Positions 1-9,627 of a stretch of 64,000 nt of DNA are shown in pieces. The position numbers and the translations under genes were made by a program. The notes beneath the pieces were generated by a model that ran no database searches, was not told the origin of the DNA, and saw nothing but the letters and a program-made list of their open reading frames with translations. Source of the DNA: Flavobacteriales bacterium (GTDB taxonomy: Bacteria > Bacteroidota > Bacteroidia > Flavobacteriales > TMED113); NCBI GenBank assembly GCA_002718035.1, contig PBCX01000004.1, positions 49,441 through 113,440 of the forward strand, given 5' to 3'. Each line of letters opens with the position of its first letter. Within the stretch, counting starts at the first letter, position 1.

Positions 1-76
1 TAAAAGCCTTTTTATTAACTTTGTCTGATAATGATTTTATACAAAATAATGAATTCCAACCTTAAACTTTTATAAT

Positions 77-844
77 ATGTTTTTAATTGTATTATCTCCT
101 GCTAAAACTTTAGACTTTGAAAAAAAATTAGATTGTAGAACTACTACAAAACCATTATTTACAAGTGATAGTAAACAATTAATTGATTGTTTACTAAGTA
201 TGAGTAAGAAAGAAATAGGAAAACTTATGTCAATTAGTGAAAAATTAACCGAACTTAATTATAAAAGATTCAAAGATTGGAACGAAGATTTTAATTTAAT
301 GAACTCAAGACATGCTATTTCTTGTTTTACAGGCGATGTTTATAAAGGCCTTAACGTAGATGAATTTTCTATTGATGACTTAGAATATTCGCAAAATCAT
401 TTGAGAATACTTTCAGGGCTTTATGGTATATTAAGACCTTTAGATTTAATCAAAGCATATAGATTAGAAATGGGAACTAAATTAGAAAATAGCCAAGGAA
501 AAAATCTATATGAATTTTGGAATAAAAAAATAACACAAAGTTTAAATCAGGATTTTAAATTAACAAAAAACAAATACTTAGTTAATTTAGCATCCAATGA
601 ATATTTTGACTCTGTAAAAAAAGAAAATTTCAAATATGAAATAATAACGCCAAAGTTCTTAGATGAGAAAAAAGGTATATATAAGGTTGTTAGTTTTTTT
701 GCAAAAAAAGCTAGAGGTTCAATGGCTTCATACATTATTAAGAATAGAATTAAATCAATTGATGATTTAAAAGAATTTAGTGGCTTAGGTTATAAATTTA
801 GTCCCGAGAAATCAGATGAATTAAATCTTACGTTTACTCGTTAG
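77..844 (+). CDS. yaaA: YaaA/UPF0246 (DUF328) peroxide-stress family protein
   Basis: 255-aa ORF. The N-terminus MFLIVLSPAKTLDF and the length are typical of the YaaA family. Confidence 0.85.
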   Translation: MFLIVLSPAKTLDFEKKLDCRTTTKPLFTSDSKQLIDCLLSMSKKEIGKLMSISEKLTELNYKRFKDWNEDFNLMNSRHAISCFTGDVYKGLNVDEFSIDDLEYSQNHLRILSGLYGILRPLDLIKAYRLEMGTKLENSQGKNLYEFWNKKITQSLNQDFKLTKNKYLVNLASNEYFDSVKKENFKYEIITPKFLDEKKGIYKVVSFFAKKARGSMASYIIKNRIKSIDDLKEFSGLGYKFSPEKSDELNLTFTR

Positions 845-1073
845 ATTCTTTCTCGAATATCGCATTTAAAATCTTTTTTAAACCAATAAAAAGCCCGCAA
901 ATTGCTGACAACATAATGACAAGGCCAGAAATCAAAAACTTTAAATTTTTTTCCTCAAGAATTTCAGATTCACCATTCATGTTCCCCATTAAAAATATTG
1001 ACGGGCCTATAAAGATTAAAGGAAATATTATTGCAACAATTATTAATCCAGTTTGTAATTTTTTTTTATTCAT
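834..1073 (-). CDS. small membrane protein, function unknown
   Basis: 79-aa ORF with two hydrophobic helices (GLIIVAIIFPLIFIGPSIFLMG and LISGLVIMLSAICGLFIGL). It sits 1 nt downstream of murQ on the same strand. Confidence 0.5.
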   Translation of the reverse strand: MNKKKLQTGLIIVAIIFPLIFIGPSIFLMGNMNGESEILEEKNLKFLISGLVIMLSAICGLFIGLKKILNAIFEKESNE

Positions 1074-1074
1074 T

Positions 1075-1881
1075 TTATTTATTTAATTCTCTTTCAATAA
1101 CTATTCTAGCGCTTTTAAATTTCTTAAGCATTTCTTTCGCTTTATTTTTGTTTAATTTTGTTTTTTCTAATATAAGTGAGATTGCTCTATTTTCTAGTTT
1201 TTTATTACTTATTTTCATGTCAATCATTTTGTTGTCTAGGACATGTCCAAGTTTTATAAATACACTAGTTGTAATAATATTTAAACACATTTTTTGAGCT
1301 GTGCCTGCTTTCATTCTTGTACTACCAGTTAAAAATTCAGGGCCCATAATTAATTTTATATCAAAGTCTGAAATTTTAGCTATTGGATTGTCATTGTTAC
1401 AAGTTATAGATCCAGTTGTTATTTTACTTTCCTTACAGCTATTCAATGCGCCAATTACATAAGGTGTAGATCCTGATGCACTAATGCCAATGACAATATC
1501 TTTTTTTGTTACATTATAATTTTTTAAATCATTCCATCCGGAATCTATGTCATCTTCAGCAGATTCAACAGCATTTCTAATAGCTTTATCTCCGCCAGCA
1601 ATTATTCCAATAACAATATTTTCTTTAATCCCAAATGTAGGTGGGCATTCTGAAGCATCTAAAATACCAAGTCTTCCACTTGTCCCTGAACCTATGTAAA
1701 ATAGTCTTCCACCGTTTTTTATTTTTTTATGAACTTGACAAGATAATTTTGATATATTTTCTGTTGCTTTTTCTAAAGCAATAGCTATTTTTTTATCTTC
1801 TTTATTTATAGAGCTTGCAATCTGTTTGAAACTCATTTTAGATAAGTTATTATATTGACTTTCTTTTTCAGTGATTTTCAT
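1075..1881 (-). CDS. murQ: N-acetylmuramic acid 6-phosphate etherase (SIS domain)
   Basis: 268 aa. Motifs GSGTSGRLGILDASECPPTFG and GISASGSTPYV are typical of MurQ. Confidence 0.9.
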   Translation of the reverse strand: MKITEKESQYNNLSKMSFKQIASSINKEDKKIAIALEKATENISKLSCQVHKKIKNGGRLFYIGSGTSGRLGILDASECPPTFGIKENIVIGIIAGGDKAIRNAVESAEDDIDSGWNDLKNYNVTKKDIVIGISASGSTPYVIGALNSCKESKITTGSITCNNDNPIAKISDFDIKLIMGPEFLTGSTRMKAGTAQKMCLNIITTSVFIKLGHVLDNKMIDMKISNKKLENRAISLILEKTKLNKNKAKEMLKKFKSARIVIERELNK

Positions 1882-1883
1882 TT

Positions 1884-4262
1884 TTACAATAAGTCGGGGA
1901 ATAATTTCTCATCAATTTCATTCATTATAGTGTAACAAGTTTCTATAACATCATCAACATTAGATTTAGAAAAATAATCACCATCATCACCATAAGCTGG
2001 TCTGTGATTTTTGCTTGAAATAGTTCTTGGTTTACTATCTAAATATCTATAACCATTCTGTTCTTCTAATACCTTTTGCATCATATATGCTGTTGCTCCT
2101 CCAGAAACATCTTCATCTAGAAAAATAATCTTATTTGTTTTCATTAAGCTATTAACTATTTCATTATTTATATCAAAGGGTATTAATGATTGAATATCTA
2201 TTATTTCGATAGAAATATTAAATTCCATTAATTTTTTTGCAGCACTTAATGCAATTCTACAACATGACCCATAGGTTACAATAGTAATGTCAGATCCAGA
2301 TTTAATAACTTCAATTTCTCCAATTGGTGTTGTAAAATCAGCTAAGTTCGATGGAAATTCTTCTTTTAGTCTGTAACCATTCAGGCATTCGATAACCAAT
2401 GCAGGTTCATCGCCTTTTAGTAAAATATTATAAAAACCTGCAGCTTTAGTCATATTCCTAGGAACTAAAATATTTATCCCTCTCAATAAGTTAATAATAC
2501 CTCCCATTGGAGAGCCAGAGTGCCAAATTCCTTCAAGTCTGTGTCCTCTAGTTCTAATAATTAATGGAGCTTTTTGCCCACCAAATGTTCTATATTGCAG
2601 TGTTGCTAGGTCATCACTTAAAATCTGAATTGCATATAATAAATAATCCAAGTATTGAATTTCAGCTATAGGCCTTAGTCCCCTAAGAGCTAAGCCAATA
2701 CCTTGTCCAATAATAGTTGCTTCTCTTATACCAGTATCAAAAACTCTGTGTTCACCATGTTTTTCTTGAAGACCTTCTAAGCCTTGATTTACATCGCCAA
2801 TTTTACCACAATCTTCTCCAAAAATTATAAGTTCTGGGTACTTAGATAATAATTTATCAAAATTATCCCTTAAGATTATCCTAGCATCAACATCTTTTTT
2901 TCCATTTGAATATTCTAATTTAGTTTGATGGATATTTCTCAAACTTTGATTTGATTCGCTATACAGATAAGAATTATATCTGAACTTATTTTCATTTAAT
3001 AGCTTTTTTATCCAATTAGATAATTCTTGTTTATTTTCTCCCTCATAATAAAAAATTGCTTGTCTAGCTGCTTGAATAATATTTCTTCTAGAGACTGGGT
3101 TTGTATTTAATAAATCATTATAAATTTTATTTACTTTATTGTGAGAATTTTTTTTCAAAATTTCACATGTATATTTTTTTTCATTTTCAATGGGATCTAA
3201 ATAATTTTTCCATGCTAAATTTTTTGCTGAAATCACTTCAAGTTTAATTTCATCTTCAATTTTTTCTAATTCAGCCTTTTCACAATATTTTTTTGATATT
3301 ATCCAATCTTTCATTTTTTGAATGCAGTCAAACTCTTTTTCCCACTCTAATCTGCTTTTTGATTTATATCTTTCATGAGATCCTGATGTTGAATGACCTT
3401 GTGGCTGAGTCATTTCTTCTACATGAATAATAACCGGTTTATGTTGATTTCTTGCGATTTCTTCTGCTTTTGCATAAGTTGAATATATATTTTCTACATC
3501 CCATCCTTTAACTTTCAATAGTGAAATACCAATGTTTTTTTTATCGGAGTTAAAACCTTTTAGAACTTCATAAATATTTTCTTTGGTTGTGTGGTATTTA
3601 CTAGAAACAGAAATACCCCATGCATCATCCCAAATTGATATAATCATTGGAACTTGTAAAACACCTGCAGCATTAACAGTTTCAAAAAAAAGCCCCTCAG
3701 ATGTACTTGCATTACCTATTGTTCCAAATGCAATTTCGTTTCCTTCATTACTAAAGTTTGATGAATTTATTTTATAGTTTTTATAAATTTTTGATGCTTG
3801 TGCTAAACCTAGTAGTCTTGGCATTTGGGAAGCAGTTGGAGATAAATCTGCTGAAGAGTTATATTCTTTAGAAACATTTTTCCAGTTCCCATTTGAGTCA
3901 AGCATTCTAGTTGAAAAATGACTATTCATTTGCCTTCCAGCTGAGGATGGTTCATCATCTAAATTAGTATTGGAATATAATTGAGCAAAAAACGATTCGG
4001 TTGTTAATAATTTTTTTGCCATCATAAAAGTCTGGTCACGGTAATAGCCAGATCTATAATCTCCTTTTCTAAAAACTCTAGCCATGGCTAATTGAGCCAA
4101 TTCTTTACCATCACCAAAAATTCCAAATTTTGCTTTTCCGGTCAGGACTTCTTTTCTACCTATTAAACTAGCTTGTCTACTTTTAATAGCAATTTTATAG
4201 TCATCAATAATTGAAGTCTTAAATTGTTTAAAAGTTATATTTTCAACGTTTTTTTTTTTCAA
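1884..4262 (-). CDS. thiamine-diphosphate-dependent 2-oxoacid dehydrogenase E1 component, fused alpha/beta subunits
   Basis: 792 aa. The N-terminal half resembles E1 alpha. The C-terminal half resembles E1 beta (GEDCGKIGDVNQG, transketolase-like pyrimidine-binding and C-terminal domains). Confidence 0.85.
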   Translation of the reverse strand: MKKKNVENITFKQFKTSIIDDYKIAIKSRQASLIGRKEVLTGKAKFGIFGDGKELAQLAMARVFRKGDYRSGYYRDQTFMMAKKLLTTESFFAQLYSNTNLDDEPSSAGRQMNSHFSTRMLDSNGNWKNVSKEYNSSADLSPTASQMPRLLGLAQASKIYKNYKINSSNFSNEGNEIAFGTIGNASTSEGLFFETVNAAGVLQVPMIISIWDDAWGISVSSKYHTTKENIYEVLKGFNSDKKNIGISLLKVKGWDVENIYSTYAKAEEIARNQHKPVIIHVEEMTQPQGHSTSGSHERYKSKSRLEWEKEFDCIQKMKDWIISKKYCEKAELEKIEDEIKLEVISAKNLAWKNYLDPIENEKKYTCEILKKNSHNKVNKIYNDLLNTNPVSRRNIIQAARQAIFYYEGENKQELSNWIKKLLNENKFRYNSYLYSESNQSLRNIHQTKLEYSNGKKDVDARIILRDNFDKLLSKYPELIIFGEDCGKIGDVNQGLEGLQEKHGEHRVFDTGIREATIIGQGIGLALRGLRPIAEIQYLDYLLYAIQILSDDLATLQYRTFGGQKAPLIIRTRGHRLEGIWHSGSPMGGIINLLRGINILVPRNMTKAAGFYNILLKGDEPALVIECLNGYRLKEEFPSNLADFTTPIGEIEVIKSGSDITIVTYGSCCRIALSAAKKLMEFNISIEIIDIQSLIPFDINNEIVNSLMKTNKIIFLDEDVSGGATAYMMQKVLEEQNGYRYLDSKPRTISSKNHRPAYGDDGDYFSKSNVDDVIETCYTIMNEIDEKLFPDLL

Positions 4263-4326
4263 AAAATGATTTATATTTAGTAATCGAAATTAATAAAAAT
4301 TGACGATTAAATAAAGTTTTATCAAG

Positions 4327-4827
4327 GTGGATATCGAATCTATAAGACAAAATAAATTTATTAAGAAAGTAACAAGCTGGAAATTTTTTTTTTTTTTGTT
4401 GTATTATCTTCCGATGGCTTTGCTTGCTGGATTAAAAGTAAAAAAACTATCAAATAGTACTGCTGAAGTAACTGTGCCATTTAAATTTTTGAATAAAAAT
4501 CCATTTAACTCTATATATTTTGCTGTTTTAACTATGGCAGCAGAATTTTCAACTGGAATTTTGTCATTAATGCATATTAATAAAAAAGATAAAAAAATTT
4601 CAATGTTGGTTGTAAAAATAGATTGTAATTTTTATAAAAAAGCAATAAGTAAAGTTAGATTTGTATGCTCAAATGGAGATGAAATTTCTCAAACAATAGA
4701 GAAGTGTATAAAATCAAAAAATGGGGAAATAATAAAAGTCAATTCTAAAGGATTTGATAGTAACGATGTTTGTGTAGCAGAATTTAATTTTACTTGGTCC
4801 TTTAAGCTTAAAAAGGTAAAAATTTAA
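4327..4827 (+). CDS. hotdog-fold protein, DUF4442-like
   Basis: 166 aa with a GTG start. The segment KNPFNSIYFAVLTMAAEFSTGIL resembles the DUF4442/PaaI-like thioesterase-fold core. Confidence 0.6.
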   Translation: MDIESIRQNKFIKKVTSWKFFFFLLYYLPMALLAGLKVKKLSNSTAEVTVPFKFLNKNPFNSIYFAVLTMAAEFSTGILSLMHINKKDKKISMLVVKIDCNFYKKAISKVRFVCSNGDEISQTIEKCIKSKNGEIIKVNSKGFDSNDVCVAEFNFTWSFKLKKVKI

Positions 4828-4868
4828 CAATAATTTTATATATTTATGTTGACCTTAAAAATGCATTA

Positions 4869-5081
4869 ATGGACGATATTTTAAACAAAATTAGAGTTTC
4901 AAGAGAAAAGGAAATTCTTGCAAATCATGAGAAGATAATAAACAAGGCTTTAGATTATTTAGTCTCTATTGATAATATTGATGAAAATAAAATTCAATCT
5001 GTTAGGTCTTTTTTATCAAGGGTTATTGATGAGGAAATTGATTTCCTAATTCGCAATCCTGAGGATTATTTTGAAGAATAA
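4869..5081 (+). CDS. small acidic hypothetical protein
   Basis: 70-aa ORF with an ATG start, followed immediately by a strong intrinsic terminator. I recognise no family. Confidence 0.45.
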   Translation: MDDILNKIRVSREKEILANHEKIINKALDYLVSIDNIDENKIQSVRSFLSRVIDEEIDFLIRNPEDYFEE

Positions 5082-5112
5082 AAAAAGCCCTTCTCTCTGA
5101 AGGGCTTTTTTA
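5081..5112. terminator. bidirectional rho-independent terminator
   Basis: AAAAAAGCCCTTC-TCTCT-GAAGGGCTTTTTT: a perfect GC-containing stem flanked by an A-run and a T-run. It lies between the convergent genes ending at 5081 (+) and 5130 (-). Confidence 0.75.
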
Positions 5113-5129
5113 TTAAATAAAATAAATAT

Positions 5130-7043
5130 TTATTCTTTAACTATTTTTTCATAAATATTATTTTCACCATCATTTATTTTTATAATATAATTACCATTTG
5201 GAAGGTTCTCAATATTAATTGTTTTTAATGATTCAAATTTATCCATATTTAAATTCATAATATTCTCACCTAAAATATTATAAATGCTAATAATAGTTTC
5301 TTTATTCAATAATTCATCATTTGAAATGTTGATAAATGAACTTGTAGGATTAGGATAAACATCATAATTATTTAATACCCCAATTTCTTCGACATCAACA
5401 TAACTGTGTCCATTAATTCCCATATGTATTGCCATAGCATTACCATTTGAATACCATGTCATATCTTCAGTGCTCCAATACATTGATGCATACCAAGGTT
5501 GTATGACTGAAGTGTCATCAAGAATAATTATATCGTTATCTAAGCCATTACTATATAGTTCTACAACAAGTAAGTACGCATTTGGATCTAATGGAATATC
5601 TGGTATATCAATACTAACAAACCCATCACTAACCATGTAATCTTCAACCATTATAAAGTCGCTTTCCCATATTATTCCTCCAAAATCCATATCTAATGAT
5701 GTTACTGTTGGGTCAAGAAGTCCTGTAGTATCACACAAATAAAAAATAACCTCTCCTCCAGAAGTTGTTTGAAAATCACCTAAACTAGTACTAAAGGCGT
5801 TAGTATACAATCCAATTCTTGCAGAAGTTAAGGTAGTACTTTCTTTAATATCAAAATAATTAGCAAATCTCATCCCATCTGATTGCGCCTCACCACCTGG
5901 CCATCCGGTCCCCATATAATCAAAAGTTTCATACAGTCCGTCAACTTGGTATTCATTTTCAGAAATCACGAATTCTCTTGTCATAGAATTATCATTAATT
6001 AACGCATCATCACCATTTGATTGAACTGTATTAGTGAATGTATAAGTTCCAGCTGTTAAAGAACTAATATCAAATAAACCAGTTTCTACAAATTTTGTCG
6101 AATCACTTTCTATTAATTCATAAGTAATGTCTTCAGTTAAGTTAGTGTTATTAATCATGCCATCGAGTTTAACATTAACTTCATCATTATAACCATAGTT
6201 ATAAATTTCACCACCAAATAGCATTTCATTTGGCATTTGACTTTCAGGAATGGAATAGTATTCTATTCCCGCTGGATTTTCCATAGTTAACCATGAAGAA
6301 AGCATTTTCAAATCAAATGCAGGTTGTTGAATAACTGACATATCATCAATCATCCAAAAGTAATGTGTTCCAAGCCATTCAAATTTAAAATGAACGCTTT
6401 CAACATTTGGATTAAATCCACTTAATGGAATTTGACTTAATTTTTGAGTTCCAACATTTACTTCGTAGATATCACCTTCAATATAATTTAAATCACTCCA
6501 TGTTACACCTTCATCAGTACTTATATATACATTCAAATCATTACCTGCACCTGGGTTTTGGCAGCAAATTCTATAATAAGTGTAAAATTGTAATACTAAC
6601 GAACTTGTTTCTGAGCTTGATAAGTCAATAGGCCCCAATATAAAACTTGAATTAATACCATTTTCACCAACTTCACCTTCTGCAACTCCATTTTGAGGAT
6701 AAGAGTTAAAGAAATCTGCATCCAGTAACATAAAACCATTATCAGCACTTGGAGACTCAATGAGCCCTGCATTTGCTCCCCATTGTCCTTGAGTTGATTC
6801 ATTTGACCAAATCCAATCACCATATGTTCCAACACTTTCGATAGAAATATTCTCAGGCATTTGGTTAGCAAAGTCTTCTTCCCAAATTACGTTTTCATCA
6901 CCCCCAACATATTGAGAGTTATTAATATCATTTATTGTGTAGTTACTTATGTAACTAACTGATTGAATATTTTTAGTATTAACTTGAGAATTAGATAAAC
7001 TAAATATTAGTAAAAAATTTAAAAGAAGTAATATTTTTTTCAT
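5130..7043 (-). CDS. secreted protein with T9SS C-terminal sorting domain
   Basis: 637 aa. It has an N-terminal signal peptide (MKKILLLLNFLLIFSLSNSQ). The C-terminus (VYPNPTSSFINISN...LPNGNYIIKINDG) matches the type A Por/T9SS sorting domain pattern. The body is rich in D, G, N, S and T, as in adhesin or glycan-binding modules. Confidence 0.8.
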   Translation of the reverse strand: MKKILLLLNFLLIFSLSNSQVNTKNIQSVSYISNYTINDINNSQYVGGDENVIWEEDFANQMPENISIESVGTYGDWIWSNESTQGQWGANAGLIESPSADNGFMLLDADFFNSYPQNGVAEGEVGENGINSSFILGPIDLSSSETSSLVLQFYTYYRICCQNPGAGNDLNVYISTDEGVTWSDLNYIEGDIYEVNVGTQKLSQIPLSGFNPNVESVHFKFEWLGTHYFWMIDDMSVIQQPAFDLKMLSSWLTMENPAGIEYYSIPESQMPNEMLFGGEIYNYGYNDEVNVKLDGMINNTNLTEDITYELIESDSTKFVETGLFDISSLTAGTYTFTNTVQSNGDDALINDNSMTREFVISENEYQVDGLYETFDYMGTGWPGGEAQSDGMRFANYFDIKESTTLTSARIGLYTNAFSTSLGDFQTTSGGEVIFYLCDTTGLLDPTVTSLDMDFGGIIWESDFIMVEDYMVSDGFVSIDIPDIPLDPNAYLLVVELYSNGLDNDIIILDDTSVIQPWYASMYWSTEDMTWYSNGNAMAIHMGINGHSYVDVEEIGVLNNYDVYPNPTSSFINISNDELLNKETIISIYNILGENIMNLNMDKFESLKTINIENLPNGNYIIKINDGENNIYEKIVKE

Positions 7044-7094
7044 AAGGGTATTTTTTGTGTGATTAATATTTTGTAAAAGTAATAATAATTTGAC

Positions 7095-7688
7095 TTAGTT
7101 TAAAACTTCTTTTTCATACTCCCATAAATATTTTCTTTTTTTTATAAATGAAAGTTGATTTTCTTTATGAATTACAATAGTATTTGAAGGAATATTTTTT
7201 CTTATAGTACAACCTGCACCAATAGTAACATTATTTCCAATTTTTACACCTGCGACAATTGAGCAATTAGCACCAATCCAAACGTTATTTCCTATAGTAA
7301 CCCCCATCTTTTTATCAGAAATTTTTCTGTGATCATATATATCATGATTAGTTGTTGTGATTACGGTATTTTGACCAATATTTACATTATTCCCAAGTAT
7401 CAATCCCCCATATGCGTTAATATAAATTCCGATATTGTCACCTGGATCACACATAATACCTTTTTTAATATATTCATGTCCTAATATTTTACTCCTAAAA
7501 TCTACCGGCCAAGGAACACTTCGGTTAAATCCAAGTATTTTTTGCATGAAAAAATACTTTTTCAGAATTTGAAAATTATATATATAACCTTTTCGTTGTC
7601 TTTTATATTTAGGGTATATCCATTTTACAAGATTTCTAAAAATAGTGTTATCAAAAAATATTAATATTTTTTTTACTGTTTTTTTCAT
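7095..7688 (-). CDS. hexapeptide-repeat (LbH) O-acetyltransferase, WcaF/maltose acetyltransferase-like
   Basis: 197 aa. It carries repeated [LIV]-G-x4 hexapeptide units (IGNNVWIGANCSIVAGVKIGNNVTIGAGCTI). It overlaps the upstream flippase gene by 4 nt. Confidence 0.8.
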   Translation of the reverse strand: MKKTVKKILIFFDNTIFRNLVKWIYPKYKRQRKGYIYNFQILKKYFFMQKILGFNRSVPWPVDFRSKILGHEYIKKGIMCDPGDNIGIYINAYGGLILGNNVNIGQNTVITTTNHDIYDHRKISDKKMGVTIGNNVWIGANCSIVAGVKIGNNVTIGAGCTIRKNIPSNTIVIHKENQLSFIKKRKYLWEYEKEVLN

Positions 7689-8941
7689 TTGATTAATTTT
7701 CTCATATATAAACTTAATAAAACATAGTGGGTAGCTCCAAAAAAAGAAGATACTAATAGTGGAATATAAATTTCATTGTAATTATTTAAAAGATAAAATG
7801 CTGAAATTTGAAATAAAAATAAACTAATATTAAAAATTAATAATAATTTTTGCTTTCCTAAAATATCTCCCAATGTACTTATTGGAGAATATACATTTTT
7901 AAATAAAATATACATACTAAAATACTTTATCATTTTACCGGCGGAGCTCCAGTTTTCTCCTAGTATGTAAAATAGATTTTCACCAAAAAGACTTAACAAA
8001 AATAATAAAGGGGCTAAAATTAAAAATACTTGTTTTTGAACTTTTATTGTTAAGTCCAATAGATCTTTTTTATTTGAATTAAATAAAGTTGTTGCTTTTT
8101 GAAAATAAACTTGAGCAACAGATGATGTAATTAATGATATAGGAATTGTAATTAACTTTTCTGCTAAAAAATAAAGACCAGCTGTTTTTACACCAAAAAA
8201 TAATACAATTAAAGGAGTCATGCCTAAGCTTGTTAAAGAGTTAAATAAATTTGATGTAGTTGAGTATTTTAAAAATTTTATGTAGGTAAAAAAATTATTT
8301 TTCATAATTTTTTTATTGATTAATGAAAAATCAATTGATTTTATCAAATCAAAAAAATTAAATAAGGATGTTATTAATAATGATAAAAAATTCCCGATTA
8401 TAAGTCCAGTCGATATTTTTTTAATTCCTAGTATGATAGTAGTTAAGGAGTTAGAAGATGATTTTAGAAGATTGTTTTCTGAAATATAACTGTATTGTTT
8501 GTTTCTATTATACCAAACTAAGATTGTTTGATTGAATGCGTATAATAATATTGAAAGTGGAATAATCCAATAGTACGTTTTAAATAATTCAGATCGTGTT
8601 AAATCGTATAATAAATCTTTTATAAAAAAAAGAATTAAAAGAGTTAATAATGAAAAAAGTGAAGCTAGAGTAAAACAAATAGCAACTATATTAATAGAGT
8701 CTATTTTTTTTTTTGGTAACATTATAGCAATATCGTATTTACCACAAGAAATAATACCAAGTATTGTATAAATACTTACATATAGACCATAAGTTCCAAA
8801 TTGTTCTGGAGAGAAAAATTGAGTTAATACTGGTGTAATTATTATTGGAATTAGCTGAGCAACTGAAACACCTGCTATTAATGTAATTATATTCTTTGAA
8901 AATTCAGAAATTTTTATTTTATTTTTGATTCTACTTTTCAT
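7685..8941 (-). CDS. polysaccharide/O-antigen flippase (Wzx-like, MOP superfamily)
   Basis: 418 aa and polytopic (about 12 hydrophobic segments). The N-terminus NIITLIAGVSVAQLIPIIITPVLTQFFSPEQFG is typical of oligosaccharide flippases. Confidence 0.8.
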   Translation of the reverse strand: MKSRIKNKIKISEFSKNIITLIAGVSVAQLIPIIITPVLTQFFSPEQFGTYGLYVSIYTILGIISCGKYDIAIMLPKKKIDSINIVAICFTLASLFSLLTLLILFFIKDLLYDLTRSELFKTYYWIIPLSILLYAFNQTILVWYNRNKQYSYISENNLLKSSSNSLTTIILGIKKISTGLIIGNFLSLLITSLFNFFDLIKSIDFSLINKKIMKNNFFTYIKFLKYSTTSNLFNSLTSLGMTPLIVLFFGVKTAGLYFLAEKLITIPISLITSSVAQVYFQKATTLFNSNKKDLLDLTIKVQKQVFLILAPLLFLLSLFGENLFYILGENWSSAGKMIKYFSMYILFKNVYSPISTLGDILGKQKLLLIFNISLFLFQISAFYLLNNYNEIYIPLLVSSFFGATHYVLLSLYMRKLIK

Positions 8942-8978
8942 TTTTTTTTATGTCATATCAAGATATAACATTTTCTAT

Positions 8979-8986
8979 TATATTTG
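8979..8986 (+). promoter_or_regulatory. candidate Bacteroidota -7 promoter element (TATATTTG) for tRNA-His
   Basis: It matches TAnnTTTG and lies 15 nt upstream of the tRNA 5' end. No clean -33 TTTG is present at the expected spacing. Confidence 0.35.
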
Positions 8987-9000
8987 CATTCTAAAACTAT

Positions 9001-9075
9001 GGTGGCTATAGCTCAGTTGGTTAGAGCATCGGTTTGTGGTGCCGAGGGTCGTGGGTTCGAATCCCATTAGCCACC
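9001..9075 (+). tRNA. tRNA-His (anticodon GUG) with genome-encoded G-1
   Basis: Hand-folded cloverleaf: G(-1), acceptor GTGGCTA/TAGCCAC, D-arm GCTC..GAGC, anticodon stem TCGGT/GCCGA, loop TTGTGGT, T-arm GTGGG-TTCGAAT-CCCAT, discriminator C. The extra 5' G opposite C73 is the His identity feature. Confidence 0.9.
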
Positions 9076-9081
9076 CATTAT

Positions 9082-9112
9082 AAAAAAAGGAGCTATAAGC
9101 TCCTTTTTTTAT
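9082..9112. terminator. bidirectional rho-independent terminator
   Basis: AAAAAAAGGAGC-TATAA-GCTCCTTTTTTT lies between tRNA-His (+) and the convergent gene ending at 9130 (-). Confidence 0.7.
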
Positions 9113-9129
9113 AATCAGTAATACATGAT

Positions 9130-9627
9130 TTAATATATTTCATTCATTTTTTCTATTATGTAGTCTGCTTTAGAAATAAAATCTTTTGCGCTACCCATGT
9201 ATCCCATTTTTTGAAAAGGATTAGATAAATTAGCATTAATAGAAAACTTGTCATCTTCAGTTTTTGTAACACTAAAAATCCAAACAGTTGGAAATCCTCT
9301 TACCTGAAAAATATTTTGAAGTTCATTATTTGTTGCTTCTAAATTTGGTTCAAGTTTTTTTCTTCTTGGAAAATCAAGTTCTAGAAGAATGACATTTTCT
9401 TTAGCCCATTTTTTAAATTCTTCTGTTTGAAAAACAGCTTTATCTAATCGTATGCACCAACCGCACCAATCACTACCTGTGAAATTTGCCATAATCGGTT
9501 TATTTTCTTTTATAGACTTTTCAAAAACATCTGGAAATCCGGTAAGCCACCCTTCCTTTTGTGAATAACTATTATAGGATAATAAGAATATTATAAATAA
9601 TGATATGTAATTTTTTTTAGTGAACAT
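9130..9627 (-). CDS. secreted thioredoxin-fold protein
   Basis: 165 aa with a signal peptide. It has a WCGWC active-site CxxC motif in the context ANFTGSDWCGWCIRLD. Confidence 0.8.
   Translation of the reverse strand: MFTKKNYISLFIIFLLSYNSYSQKEGWLTGFPDVFEKSIKENKPIMANFTGSDWCGWCIRLDKAVFQTEEFKKWAKENVILLELDFPRRKKLEPNLEATNNELQNIFQVRGFPTVWIFSVTKTEDDKFSINANLSNPFQKMGYMGSAKDFISKADYIIEKMNEIY

Noticed and set aside
4384-4397. A T14 homopolymer inside the DUF4442-like gene (encoding FFFF), considered as a phase-variation switch.
   Set aside because: Long A/T runs are frequent throughout this window and here simply encode a Phe run in a hydrophobic segment. There is no evidence of a contingency-locus context. 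Only population sequencing could show length variation.
8942-9129. tRNA-His as a possible integration site for a genomic island.
   Set aside because: There is no integrase or recombinase gene on either side. I saw no direct repeat of the tRNA 3' end in the flanking kilobases. Both neighbours look like ordinary chromosomal genes.
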